Shown piece by piece: positions 28,809-38,867 of a DNA stretch of 39,719 bases. The position numbers were made by a program, and so were the translations under genes. Positions within the stretch are counted from its first letter, which is position 1; each line of letters starts with the position of its first letter. Source of the DNA: an uncultured Dehalococcoidia bacterium (GTDB lineage: Bacteria > Chloroflexota > Dehalococcoidia > Lucifugimonadales > UBA2985); assembly GCA_964443385.1 (NCBI GenBank), contig CAYUCO010000031.1:1-39719 (forward strand), given 5' to 3'. A model generated the notes under the pieces. The model did no database searches. It saw nothing but the letters and a program-made list of their open reading frames with translations, and was not told the DNA's origin.

Positions 28809-31244
28809 TCACGTTACAGAAGTAGGGTCAATTTCAACCATCCAGCCCACAGGCAAGTTAGTTTCGTCCATCAATCTTCTAGGCTCAATACCCTTCAAAA
28901 TAATGTGCCAACGATATCTCCCCCTGACTTTTGAAGGAAAAGCGGGTGCAGGGCCTAATACAGAAACATCTGTAATACCCATGACTTCCAGTTGCTGTCT
29001 AAACCGTTTACCCAAATATATAGCTTGTTGAGCACAAGCATCTTCACTCTTGTGGGAATACATTAATCTTATCAATTTACCAAATGGAGGAAGACCAAGC
29101 TCATACCTGTAAACAATTTCTTGTGAGTAAAACATGTCATAATCTTGTACAGCAGCGGAATGAACTGCGTAATTTGTTGGGGAGTAGGTTTGTATGATCA
29201 CTTTACCGCCCAAATCACTTCTACCCGTACGTCCTGAAACCTGACATAATAATTCAAAAACCCGTTCACCAGCTCTAAAATCCGGCAAAAACAGTCCTAT
29301 ATCCGCACACAAAACACCAACTAACGTGACCCTGGGGAAGTGTAGGCCTTTAGCAATCATTTGCGTACCAACCAATATTTGGGCGTGTCCTGTTGAGAAT
29401 GTATTCATTATTTCTGCGTGAGCATCTTTGTAAGAAGCAGCATCTCTATCCCATCGTAAAGTTTTTACTCCTGGAAATAATTCCTCTAACTCCTGCACTA
29501 CCCTTTGTGTGCCTAATCCTAAATACCTTATCCTATGACTATTACACTCTTTACATATGGCAGGGTGTTTGATCGTATAATTACATATGTGGCAAACAGC
29601 CGCATTAGATTCAGCATGATAATTCATTGACATATGACATCTGTTACATCTCAACACATTGCCACAATCTCGACATTGTATCTGACCACCACTACCTCTT
29701 CTGTTTATATAAAGTATTATTTGCTCGCCTGAAGCGATTTTGTTGCCTATATTAGATTGAAGGACAGAACTGAAAATGCTTCTATTACCTTGTTTCAATT
29801 CATCTCTAAGATCTACTATTTCCACTTGAGGAAGAGTCAATTCTAACGTTTGATTTCCTACAACTCCCCTAGACACACGGTTTTGTAGTGTCAATAATTT
29901 GTATTGGCCGGAGATTGCCCTGCTTTTGGAAACCACATCAGGAGTAGCGCTGCCAAGTACTACGACACTTCCTGTCAGATCCCCAATCTTTATAGCTACC
30001 TCTCTTGCATCATATCTAGGGGCAGTGTCTTTCTGTTTATAAGTCCACTCATGTTCCTCATCTATTATTATTAAACCTAAATTTGGTTGTGGTGAAAATA
30101 TTGAACCACGAGATCCGATTACAATTTTATACTTACCTTCCTTTATTCCCCACCATTGATCAAAACGTTCCCCCAAAGACAAACCACTATGCAATATGGC
30201 CACATCGTCAGGAAATCTACTAGCAAATCGTTCTATAGTCTGAGGTGTCAATGCTAATTCTGGAACCATCACTATAGCATGCTGACCCAAAGCAATAGCC
30301 CGATCTAACGCACGTAAATACACCTCCGTTTTCCCACTACCTGTAATACCTTGTAGCAAAAATACTTCAGGAGAGTTTGATGCAATCGCCTGACATATAT
30401 TGTCTACTGCGATCTCTTGATCATGATTGAGAATAGGTGGAATATCAGAGTCAAAGATTTTCGACTCGAGTGGATCTCTCTCCTCTCGAATCTGAATGAT
30501 ATTGAGCAACCCTTTATTCCTTAAACCACTCACTGCAGATTGCCCAAAACCATGCCTACACTCGCTTAAACTTACAGGACCCCCTGCAAGGATAAGATGC
30601 CGTAACAATGATTCCTGTTTTGGGGATTTCTTATGAAAAACATTTGATATATTGGCATTCTCCGGAACTAAATTCGTGAGTTCTATAAAGGAAATGTACT
30701 TTGGACCTACAGAAGGCTTTAACCATTCCCATGTTTCATATATTAGGCCGTCTTGCGTCATTTGTGACAGAACTTTCTCTGACCACATTCCCAAAGATTT
30801 CACCAATGTGTCTCGACGAATTTTCCCTCGTTTATTCAGAGTCTTGGTGATTCTTTGACGCTGTGTGTCACCTATTGTATCAATCCGCAGGGTTGGATCC
30901 GCAAGACGAACATACCTCTTACTTCTTATCATTGAACCTGGCGGCATCATCATAGCAGCTGAATCGAACAGGCCAGCCATATAGTAATGACTTAGCCAAC
31001 GTGCTAGTTCCAGACCATCTGTAGATAATAATGGATCAGGGTATACCAACCTCGTCAAAGGCCTAACGGTGTCCAGTTCTACAAAATCCGACGTGTCGAA
31101 AATTATTCCTATCAACGAACGAGGGCCGAAAGGTACTTCAACTATATGACCTTGCCTCGCGGGGACGTCGTCAGGAATCGAATAGGTGAAAGTTCTGGTG
31201 TTGGATGCGGGAGAATCTACTGCTACCTCGGCATATCTACACAT
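28809..31244 (-). CDS. priA: Primosomal protein N'
   Basis: GITGSGKTEVY, DEEHE, GSATP, four CxxC pairs, GTQMIAKGLHFP, PDFRAGER. Confidence 0.97.
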   Translation of the reverse strand: MCRYAEVAVDSPASNTRTFTYSIPDDVPARQGHIVEVPFGPRSLIGIIFDTSDFVELDTVRPLTRLVYPDPLLSTDGLELARWLSHYYMAGLFDSAAMMMPPGSMIRSKRYVRLADPTLRIDTIGDTQRQRITKTLNKRGKIRRDTLVKSLGMWSEKVLSQMTQDGLIYETWEWLKPSVGPKYISFIELTNLVPENANISNVFHKKSPKQESLLRHLILAGGPVSLSECRHGFGQSAVSGLRNKGLLNIIQIREERDPLESKIFDSDIPPILNHDQEIAVDNICQAIASNSPEVFLLQGITGSGKTEVYLRALDRAIALGQHAIVMVPELALTPQTIERFASRFPDDVAILHSGLSLGERFDQWWGIKEGKYKIVIGSRGSIFSPQPNLGLIIIDEEHEWTYKQKDTAPRYDAREVAIKIGDLTGSVVVLGSATPDVVSKSRAISGQYKLLTLQNRVSRGVVGNQTLELTLPQVEIVDLRDELKQGNRSIFSSVLQSNIGNKIASGEQIILYINRRGSGGQIQCRDCGNVLRCNRCHMSMNYHAESNAAVCHICNYTIKHPAICKECNSHRIRYLGLGTQRVVQELEELFPGVKTLRWDRDAASYKDAHAEIMNTFSTGHAQILVGTQMIAKGLHFPRVTLVGVLCADIGLFLPDFRAGERVFELLCQVSGRTGRSDLGGKVIIQTYSPTNYAVHSAAVQDYDMFYSQEIVYRYELGLPPFGKLIRLMYSHKSEDACAQQAIYLGKRFRQQLEVMGITDVSVLGPAPAFPSKVRGRYRWHIILKGIEPRRLMDETNLPVGWMVEIDPTSVT

Positions 31245-31291
31245 CTTTGGTCTTTAATAACAACCCAAAGATATGTGAGTATGAATCATTT

Positions 31292-31645
31292 TTATCTTCT
31301 AGATCGCCTTCTATCTTCCTTAATTCTAGCCGATTTGCCATATCTATCCCTGAGGTAATAAAGTCTTGCTCTGCGAACTCTACCATGCCGTACCAAATCA
31401 ACCGATTCTACTGTTGGAGAGTAATATGCGAAAGTTCTCTCAACTCCTACACCATACGAAACTCGTCTAACAGTGAAAGTAGAACCAACACCGTTCCCTC
31501 TCGTACGAATAACATCACCTTGAAAAGCCTGAAGTCGCTCTCTCTCCCCTTCTTTTATCTTTATAGTGACCTTCACTGTGTCCCCAGGAGAGAAATCCTG
31601 TATTTTTTCGTTCTTTTCAACTACAGCTATAGAGTTTAAGTCCAT
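31292..31645 (-). CDS. rplS: 50S ribosomal protein L19
   Basis: [43 protein letters not shown]. Confidence 0.98.
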   Translation of the reverse strand: MDLNSIAVVEKNEKIQDFSPGDTVKVTIKIKEGERERLQAFQGDVIRTRGNGVGSTFTVRRVSYGVGVERTFAYYSPTVESVDLVRHGRVRRARLYYLRDRYGKSARIKEDRRRSRR

Positions 31646-31698
31646 CAGTTTATCCTTGTGTCATTTTGTCGTTCACCGGTACGTATTTTACGTCCAGT

Positions 31699-31727
31699 AT
31701 TCTACAACTCATCCCAGTCAATAACAA
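31699..31727 (-). promoter_or_regulatory. Putative promoter of rplS-priA
   Basis: TTGTTA-17 nt-TAGAAT; shares the 11-mer TTGTAGAATAC with the his promoter. Confidence 0.5.
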
Positions 31728-31845
31728 GAGCCAAAATAAGTTCTCATTTGCGAGAAGGGTAAGCAGGCCATCAACTCCACGCAGTAGTTATAAACGTAGA
31801 ATCAAAGGCTCCCGAAAACAAACCGTTTTATAACATACTGGGCGA

Positions 31846-32430
31846 TTAGTTCTGCAAACTACGTAAGTAGTGAACCAACTGCCATTGTTCTTCATCGGTA
31901 AGAAGTTTGTCAAACATAGGCATTGCCGAAGGGGATTCGTATTTATTGCCACCTGAATAGTAGGCTATACGACCTCCCAGCCCTATAAAACCCTTCAATT
32001 CCTTATCTGACGCCATTGCGGTAGCCGGTCCAGTAATATCAGCTGGTGGCAAACCACCATGCTTTATCAAGTAATCTTTAGCCGCCCCATCACCCTTGCC
32101 AGTCATACCATGACAAAAAGAGCAATTAACTTGATATAGACCTGAGCCTGCAGAAACAGTCTCTTCCGTTTGAGTTAACGAAGAATCACTAGAGACATTA
32201 AATACCCCGTCCGTTCCACCCTCATGCAACATGAAAGGAACCGATCCTTCAGCCGGATAAAGACGTGGGGGTTCCTGGCTCTTATATGATTGGGCATAAT
32301 GCATTTCACTGAATATTTCAATCTGATAGGTGCCTCTACCCCAAGGCATACAAGCGGACGAGATAAGTCCGACCAAAACCAACATCAATGCAAGTTTCAT
32401 TTTTTGTCTTTTGAATAACAATGTTTTCAT
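31846..32430 (-). CDS. actE: Alternative complex III monoheme cytochrome c lipoprotein
   Basis: Lipobox ISSAC, EMHYAQSYKSQE, CSFCH heme motif, AMP axial Met, WQLVHYLRSLQ. Confidence 0.85.
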   Translation of the reverse strand: MKTLLFKRQKMKLALMLVLVGLISSACMPWGRGTYQIEIFSEMHYAQSYKSQEPPRLYPAEGSVPFMLHEGGTDGVFNVSSDSSLTQTEETVSAGSGLYQVNCSFCHGMTGKGDGAAKDYLIKHGGLPPADITGPATAMASDKELKGFIGLGGRIAYYSGGNKYESPSAMPMFDKLLTDEEQWQLVHYLRSLQN

Positions 32431-32449
32431 AGTTTATATAACTCTTCAG

Positions 32450-32983
32450 TTATCCTCTTAAAGCCCGCCCTCTTTCATGAACTACTTCAAGAGCACTTCC
32501 CCTTATCAATGCTCTCTCCATATCGTCCAATTTTTCTTCCTCTGTAGTAACAAGTAATCCGATATATCCTTCGTTTATGCGGGCGTCGTATGGGTCTAAT
32601 CTCAATCTAGGTAATCTGGATTCGAAAATTATACCTATTATTGTAAAAAGCACAGCCCCCAAAAGGGTTCCTTCGTAACAGATGATCGTCATCGCAGGGA
32701 ACGCTAAAATTGGTTTCCCTCCCGTTACCATCGGGTAAGCCACCTGTGTTCCTGCAGTCAATACTAAAGCCATAGTAAGGCCCATCAATGCACCGATAAT
32801 CGGAAACACGTATATGTGGTGAACAGGATCCTTTTCACCAAATGCTCCTTCGGGATAAGGGCTGCCTGTCAGAACGTCAAAATCGTCCTGAGTGGCCCCT
32901 GCCTCCAGCAACACGTCGGTTGCATCAGCCGCAGAATCTGCGTTATCAAACAATCCCAATATACTTTTTCTGGCCAATTTCAA
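32450..32983 (-). CDS. actD: Alternative complex III subunit D (DUF3341)
   Basis: GLFD, SPYP, YPMVTGGKP, ICYEGTLL, LPRL..YDARI; two TM helices. Confidence 0.88.
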   Translation of the reverse strand: MKLARKSILGLFDNADSAADATDVLLEAGATQDDFDVLTGSPYPEGAFGEKDPVHHIYVFPIIGALMGLTMALVLTAGTQVAYPMVTGGKPILAFPAMTIICYEGTLLGAVLFTIIGIIFESRLPRLRLDPYDARINEGYIGLLVTTEEEKLDDMERALIRGSALEVVHERGRALRG

Positions 32984-32993
32984 CCTCCTCAGG

Positions 32994-34370
32994 TTACTCT
33001 TCCCGCATCACGGCAGGAACCATAACTTTTCCAATTTTAATTTCGTCGTGTAATATCATACCCTCTTTTGCATCGCCTATCGGTATTAAAGGCACCACTT
33101 TGGCGAACAGTAACACCAACATCGAGACCATCGCGAATGTAGCGGTTATAATTGTTACCTCCACAATACTTGGAGTGTATCCACCCCACGTGAAAACAAA
33201 TGCCTGTTTTCTCATCAAGCCAGGAACTATAATGATAAATCTTTCAAACCACATACCTACATTGACCAAAATAGTCGTAAATGCCATCAGCCACAGGTTT
33301 CGTCTCACACTCGGAATCAACCACATAGGAACCGGTATCAAGTAAGAAGTTATTAGGAAAGTTAAGAAGTACCATTTCCAAGGAGCTTCAAACACCTGCA
33401 ATTCCCTCAAAGCGACCTCGGGTCCTTCCAAGGCATAGAGGCCGAAGAAAAATTCCAAAGCAAAGAAGAACAACCAAGCCGTTGCAACTACGATAAGGAG
33501 CTTAGCCAATGAATCCATGTGCTCTCTTCTGATGTAGTTTTCCCAATGAAACATCCATCTCAGTATTATCATGACGGTAACAACTGCCGAAACACCTGAG
33601 TGGACTGCTCCGATCACAAAATAGGGAGCGAACACAGTACTGTGCCAAGCTTCCACTGACATTGCAGTTCCAAAGTCCCAAGAAACTATACTATGAACGG
33701 AAACGAATATAGGCAAGATTATGGCGGATAGCAATATACCCGCTATGATCTGCAATTTCCACTGCCTAACACTTCCTCTCCAACCCAAAGATAAGATGGA
33801 GTATATGATATGGGGTACACCGGTTGTTCTATCTCGTAACACAGCGAAATCCGGTATTAAGGCTATGTATACAAATAAAATACTACTAGTAAGATAGGTA
33901 AATACAGCAGACGGATCCCACACTAATGCCGATCTAACATTCGGATATATGCCCCTAGCCCAGTCGTACGGAAAGACCCAATATGCAACTCGCCACGGCC
34001 TTCCAGCATGAATAAGTGGCATTGTCATAGCTGTCATAAGAGAGAAAACCGTCAGTACCTCCGCTGCCCTAGTAGCTGGTCTTCTCCACTCCGCCTGCAC
34101 CAACCTAAGTATAGCTGACAACATAACTCCTGCGTGACTTATACCGATCCAAAACACGAAGTTAGTTATAAAGAAACCCCACATAACAGGCCTATTAAGG
34201 CCAGTTACTCCAAGGCCTCTATTAAACATGTAACCTGCAGCAGTAAAACCACACAGTACAACAAGTGCCAAGAACCCAACCAAAATCCAATACAATTTGG
34301 ACGATTCAAATATAGAACTAGTTAAATCTGTGTTTACCTGACTATCAGAAATTCGGACTCGTTCCTGCAT
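32994..34370 (-). CDS. actC: Alternative complex III quinol-oxidising NrfD/PsrC-family subunit
   Basis: NFVFWIGISHAG, RAAEVLTVF, HAGRPW, SALVWD, SVHSIVSWDF, WHSTVFAPYFV, GMWFERF. Confidence 0.88.
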   Translation of the reverse strand: MQERVRISDSQVNTDLTSSIFESSKLYWILVGFLALVVLCGFTAAGYMFNRGLGVTGLNRPVMWGFFITNFVFWIGISHAGVMLSAILRLVQAEWRRPATRAAEVLTVFSLMTAMTMPLIHAGRPWRVAYWVFPYDWARGIYPNVRSALVWDPSAVFTYLTSSILFVYIALIPDFAVLRDRTTGVPHIIYSILSLGWRGSVRQWKLQIIAGILLSAIILPIFVSVHSIVSWDFGTAMSVEAWHSTVFAPYFVIGAVHSGVSAVVTVMIILRWMFHWENYIRREHMDSLAKLLIVVATAWLFFFALEFFFGLYALEGPEVALRELQVFEAPWKWYFLTFLITSYLIPVPMWLIPSVRRNLWLMAFTTILVNVGMWFERFIIIVPGLMRKQAFVFTWGGYTPSIVEVTIITATFAMVSMLVLLFAKVVPLIPIGDAKEGMILHDEIKIGKVMVPAVMREE

Positions 34371-34425
34371 TATTTAACACTCCTGGCACATAGCATCCCA
34401 TATTTTTCATACATTTTAATCATAA

Positions 34426-35802
34426 TTATTCCGGTTTCGCCAATACTCGGATGTCCCGTTTCATGAATTTCCTGACCCTCTGCAACATCAATCCTTCTTT
34501 GATCTCCCATATGGAAATAATTGGGAATAGTCTTGTGCCTAGCATATAGGTTAACACAGCTCCAGATATGCCGCCTACTATAACCATAAAGTCAATCGGA
34601 CCAGGCGATGTGAAATCTGGCAAATTTTCTAAGACATGCAAGGTATGATCTTCCACAGAAAACCCAGCCACGTAATATCTCACTTGATTGAAGAAGGTGC
34701 CAATCAGGATTACTGTTGCCGCCAATGTCGGACCCCAAATCGTCTTTCTAACAACATTAACTACCAGAATAAGGAACGGTATCACAAAGCACATGGTAAA
34801 GGCCAAGAGAAACACCGTACTATAGGTTTCAAACATAATGTATTTCAATACCCCAATTTCCGCTGGCATTCTCCCATACCAATACGTGAAAAACGATGAC
34901 CACCAGAAGTAAAACCAGAGCAAACAGGTGGCCAATAATATCTTACTCAAAGCCCAAAATTGTTCCAATTCTAGATATTTGCCAAGACTACTAGTAGACC
35001 TCAAAATAAACATTGTCACAATTATCAAAGCAATCGAAGCCTGTATGCCATTTATAGCGTGGAAGGCAGGAAATATTGCGTCTTTCCAACCCGGAATCAA
35101 GGCCATGGCAAAATCTACACTTATAAGCATGTGGACAATTATTAGCATGAGGAAATAAAATCCACCCAGAAGACCTAATACTATTTTCTGCAACTGCCAA
35201 TGTTTTGGAGTTCCAAACCAATGTGGTATAAGGGGATGATAAGAAACATCTTCGTCAGATTTGCCGGAAACTTCCTTATCAGTAACTAAGTCTGGGAGAG
35301 AAGCGAAATATAGTATTGCCAACCCACAGATAACTAGACTTCCTAGCGCCATTGTGTCCCAGATATGGGGGGTGTTACCAGGCCATTCAAACCATAAACT
35401 TCTTCGACCTTCGATTGAAGGCAATACCCAAAGTAGAGGGACTAACATGGCGAAACTATAAACACCCACAATCGCGAACATCTCTGAAATTCTTGCTAAC
35501 GGGCGTCGCCAGTGGGATTTAGCCATTCGCAAAGCCACAGACACCAAAACCGCTGTCTGAGACAAACTAAACACATAGGCAAATGTAGCAGCATAATAAC
35601 CCCAGTTTGACTTGTTATCGAAACCATCCGAAACAAGCATAAACAGTCCAACTAATCCTACAACAAACAGTCCTCCGAGTATCATGGCAACTGTCCAAAA
35701 TTGATTACCCGGAGAGTGATGTCTCTCTAGGACGTCATTAGTTATCTCCTGGGCGGTCATATCAAGATATGACGGTGCTACTACGTGGTGGGATTCATGC
35801 AT
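34426..35802 (-). CDS. actF: Second NrfD-family membrane subunit, ActF-like
   Basis: Multi-pass; HWRRPLARISE and ISVDF, but lacks the HxGRPW/WD quinol-site motifs. Start likely ATG 35802 or 35808 rather than 35826. Confidence 0.7.
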   Translation of the reverse strand: MHESHHVVAPSYLDMTAQEITNDVLERHHSPGNQFWTVAMILGGLFVVGLVGLFMLVSDGFDNKSNWGYYAATFAYVFSLSQTAVLVSVALRMAKSHWRRPLARISEMFAIVGVYSFAMLVPLLWVLPSIEGRRSLWFEWPGNTPHIWDTMALGSLVICGLAILYFASLPDLVTDKEVSGKSDEDVSYHPLIPHWFGTPKHWQLQKIVLGLLGGFYFLMLIIVHMLISVDFAMALIPGWKDAIFPAFHAINGIQASIALIIVTMFILRSTSSLGKYLELEQFWALSKILLATCLLWFYFWWSSFFTYWYGRMPAEIGVLKYIMFETYSTVFLLAFTMCFVIPFLILVVNVVRKTIWGPTLAATVILIGTFFNQVRYYVAGFSVEDHTLHVLENLPDFTSPGPIDFMVIVGGISGAVLTYMLGTRLFPIISIWEIKEGLMLQRVRKFMKRDIRVLAKPE

Positions 35803-36562
35803 GAGCATCCACCTTATGTTCTGCATTAATATCTACTTTCTTCAAGTAAATCACGTTTGGCTGCGTTCCTAAGTCATCCAATAACTTATATCCTCTACCA
35901 CCGTCCACAAAATGTTTTTCTTTCAAACTAGATATTTTACTAGATGGATCATTCCAGTCACCAAAAATTAATGTATCAGTAGGACACGCTTGAACACATG
36001 CTGGTAAAAAGTTACCTTCTTTCAGGTTTTCGTCGGTAATTCTTTCGCCGCGCTGTCCTTCTATTACCCTTTCAGCTTTGCGCAATCTCTGGATATTGAA
36101 GGTACACTTTTCCATTATGCCCCTGCTCCTAACCGTAACGTCCGGGTTTAACTGATTCTTCAGAGATTCAGGCCATACCGGCTCCCAGAAATTGAAAAAT
36201 CTCACTTGATAGGAACAGTTGTTGGCGCAATATCGGGTACCAACACACCTGTTATACACCTGTACATTCATGCCCTGATTATTGTGATAAGTGGCATACA
36301 CAGGACAAACTGGTTCACAAGGAGCATTTTCACAATGTTGACACAGAATAGGTATAAATCTCGCTTTTATATTTGGAAACTCACCTTCCCAGTATCGCTC
36401 TACTCTTATCCACTCAATAGCCCTGCGTTGCCTGAACCTATCTTCTGTATTGAGTGGGATATTATTTTCCGCCTGGCAGGCGACAACACAGGCTTGACAA
36501 CCTGTACAGCGATCTATATCTATTACCATTCCCCACTTATGATTTATTGTCTCTGTAGCCAT
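35795..36562 (-). CDS. Fe-S subunit ActB2/QrcC-like
   Basis: CTGCQACVVAC, CQHCENAPCEPVCP, CVGTRYCANNC, NPDVTVRSRGIMEKCTF, PACVQACP. Confidence 0.9.
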   Translation of the reverse strand: MATETINHKWGMVIDIDRCTGCQACVVACQAENNIPLNTEDRFRQRRAIEWIRVERYWEGEFPNIKARFIPILCQHCENAPCEPVCPVYATYHNNQGMNVQVYNRCVGTRYCANNCSYQVRFFNFWEPVWPESLKNQLNPDVTVRSRGIMEKCTFNIQRLRKAERVIEGQRGERITDENLKEGNFLPACVQACPTDTLIFGDWNDPSSKISSLKEKHFVDGGRGYKLLDDLGTQPNVIYLKKVDINAEHKVDAHA

Positions 36563-36575
36563 TAAAAACTCCTAC

Positions 36576-38849
36576 TTAATGATGCGCTTCATGGTCGTGC
36601 GATTCAGGAGGAGCGATCTTTATAATCCTCTGTTCATCCACTTCAAACGCAGGAACATTTCCTTCGAATTTAGATATATCAATATGTCTACCAGTTTTTG
36701 ATATTGATACTTTATTAGCTGCCCAAGCCAGACTACCACTCCCTTTGTCTTCAACTTCAGACAACAAGGAGATAGTATTCACTCCTACATTTTCAGCATA
36801 TCTGCCAAATGAAACATGTCCTTGACCTATAGGCATTGATATAACCCATGGTGGCACACCCGGATGGATGTAAGCCGGGGCCTCTAAACTTCCAGCAGGT
36901 GATTCCACTGTAAGTATATCTCCTTGTATTATGTCAAGTTCCTCTGCTTTTTTGCTGTTTATTTCTACCCAAGTATTCCACACAACTGATGTAAGTGGAT
37001 CAGGAGCGGCCTGCAACCATGGCAAATGTGCAAGATTTCCATCTCCTAATGAGTTAGACAAAAACGGTATTAGATTGTATTCGCCTGTGCCAGCGAAAGA
37101 CATATCAGGCCAGGAGGTCTCCAATTCCTTAGATGACACTCCTTCAATCTTTGCCTCAGATTCAACATCCCACCAACCACCTCTCTGTAGAACTCCTTGC
37201 CGAAAAGCGTCAAAATCAGAAGATCTCACAGAACCTGCATTTTTAGACCACAACTCCCTGATACTTTCCTCTAATAATTCCTTAAACCCAGATCCTTCAG
37301 TTAAGCCTAACTTGGCATCCAATGCCAAACCCAAAACCCTACTGTAATAAATTAACTCATCTCCGAAGTTAACTGTTCCCTGATGGAATCGACCCACAAC
37401 AGGCTGTTGAATTCCTATAACCTGATAACCAGGACCAGGTTCTGGTACGTCGTCCCCCCAGTCTTCCAGGTAGTTACTTTCCGGTATAATAAGATCCGCT
37501 TTTTGAGTCGTTTCATCCATAAAGCTTGAATATGAGATAATGAATTCTGAGTTATCCAAGATATTTGAGAACCCCGCACTTGAAGGTAAACCATGAATTG
37601 GATTTACACCCCTTATCATCACAACTTTAGGCTGGTTTATATTCTTCCAATCTTGATATGAAGAAGGCATGCCAGCGCCCGATACGGAGTCACTATCTAA
37701 AACAGATATAGGCGGTGATGGATTGAAAATAACTCCACCTTCTTTGTTTAGATTATTAACCAACACATTAAGAGAGTATATGGCATCCAAGTTAAAGCTT
37801 CCATTAACGGAAGCTCCTGCAGATCCGCCACCAATTGCAAGTGGATGATGGCTATTCGCAAAGTCGTGGGCTATCTTTTCTATACGAGCACCATCTATGC
37901 CTGTAGCTTCAAACACTCCGGCACTGTTGTTAGAAAAAGCCTCCAAAGCTTGATGTCCTTTTCCGCCCGTAAGGTTATCAGAGGCTGCAGCATCACCTAA
38001 ACCATCCTTGATTATTACGTATATCATACTCATAGCCAGTATTCCTTCAGAACCCGGCTTCACAGGTAGCCACTCGTCTGCATTTGCAGCGCTCATTGAA
38101 AACCTGGGATCCACCTGAATGTGAACTCCCCTTTGTTCATGTCCTTGTCTAAATTCCCCATATGCCCTCGAGTGATTGGTGGGGGATACCCAACTGGATA
38201 AGAAATCCGCTCCAAAAGACATCAGATAAGTTGAGTGCTCTATATCAAATTTAGGCAATCTACTCTGACCAAACACTCTGTCCAAGGACTTTCTAAGGGC
38301 CACTTTATCTAGCGTTTCAAAAGCCATATGACTACCACCGAATCCACTAGAAAACTCGCTGGCAAGTACTGCCAGATGCCCTCTCAATGGTTGGGTTATC
38401 AATAAAGCACGATCATTTTGACCTTCGGAATTTAGAGAGTTAAGCTTGCTTAGAACAAGATTGTGTGCCTCTTCAAGAGAGACATTCCTAAATTCACCGT
38501 TCCTAGTATCCCTGTACATGGGTCCGCTGAGGCGGTCAGGATGATACAGAGCCTGTACTCCTGCTTCACTTCTGACACTGTGTTTCCCTTTGTTTATTGG
38601 ATAGTCGGGATTCCCTTCTATCTTCTTCGCCCTACCCTCGACCACCCTAACTATTATTCCACACGCTTCAGATTCCTGACGACATATGGTAGCGTACCAA
38701 TTATCTATACCATTAACCAAATCCTCTGGCATATTTACTGGACTTTCAACCTGCAGCTCCTGTTCTGGAGTGGTACATCCATTAAAAACCACTGCCCCCA
38801 TTGCAGATACGCCTGACCATTTCAAAAATTGTCTTCTAGTTATGCCCAT
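36576..38849 (-). CDS. Molybdopterin-oxidoreductase-fold subunit ActB1/QrcB-like (probably cofactor-less)
   Basis: Tat signal TRRQFLK followed by lipobox-like FNGC; KIEGNPDYP, LYHPDRL, LEDWGD, QQPVV, PWLQAAPDPLT, GQGH. Confidence 0.88.
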   Translation of the reverse strand: MGITRRQFLKWSGVSAMGAVVFNGCTTPEQELQVESPVNMPEDLVNGIDNWYATICRQESEACGIIVRVVEGRAKKIEGNPDYPINKGKHSVRSEAGVQALYHPDRLSGPMYRDTRNGEFRNVSLEEAHNLVLSKLNSLNSEGQNDRALLITQPLRGHLAVLASEFSSGFGGSHMAFETLDKVALRKSLDRVFGQSRLPKFDIEHSTYLMSFGADFLSSWVSPTNHSRAYGEFRQGHEQRGVHIQVDPRFSMSAANADEWLPVKPGSEGILAMSMIYVIIKDGLGDAAASDNLTGGKGHQALEAFSNNSAGVFEATGIDGARIEKIAHDFANSHHPLAIGGGSAGASVNGSFNLDAIYSLNVLVNNLNKEGGVIFNPSPPISVLDSDSVSGAGMPSSYQDWKNINQPKVVMIRGVNPIHGLPSSAGFSNILDNSEFIISYSSFMDETTQKADLIIPESNYLEDWGDDVPEPGPGYQVIGIQQPVVGRFHQGTVNFGDELIYYSRVLGLALDAKLGLTEGSGFKELLEESIRELWSKNAGSVRSSDFDAFRQGVLQRGGWWDVESEAKIEGVSSKELETSWPDMSFAGTGEYNLIPFLSNSLGDGNLAHLPWLQAAPDPLTSVVWNTWVEINSKKAEELDIIQGDILTVESPAGSLEAPAYIHPGVPPWVISMPIGQGHVSFGRYAENVGVNTISLLSEVEDKGSGSLAWAANKVSISKTGRHIDISKFEGNVPAFEVDEQRIIKIAPPESHDHEAHH

Positions 38850-38867
38850 TTCTTTAAATACTCATCC

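Noticed and set aside
31646-31845. Ribosomal protein L19 leader or sRNA between actE and rplS
   Set aside because: Only a small TTCTC/GAGAA stem and a promoter candidate are visible; no convincing structure.
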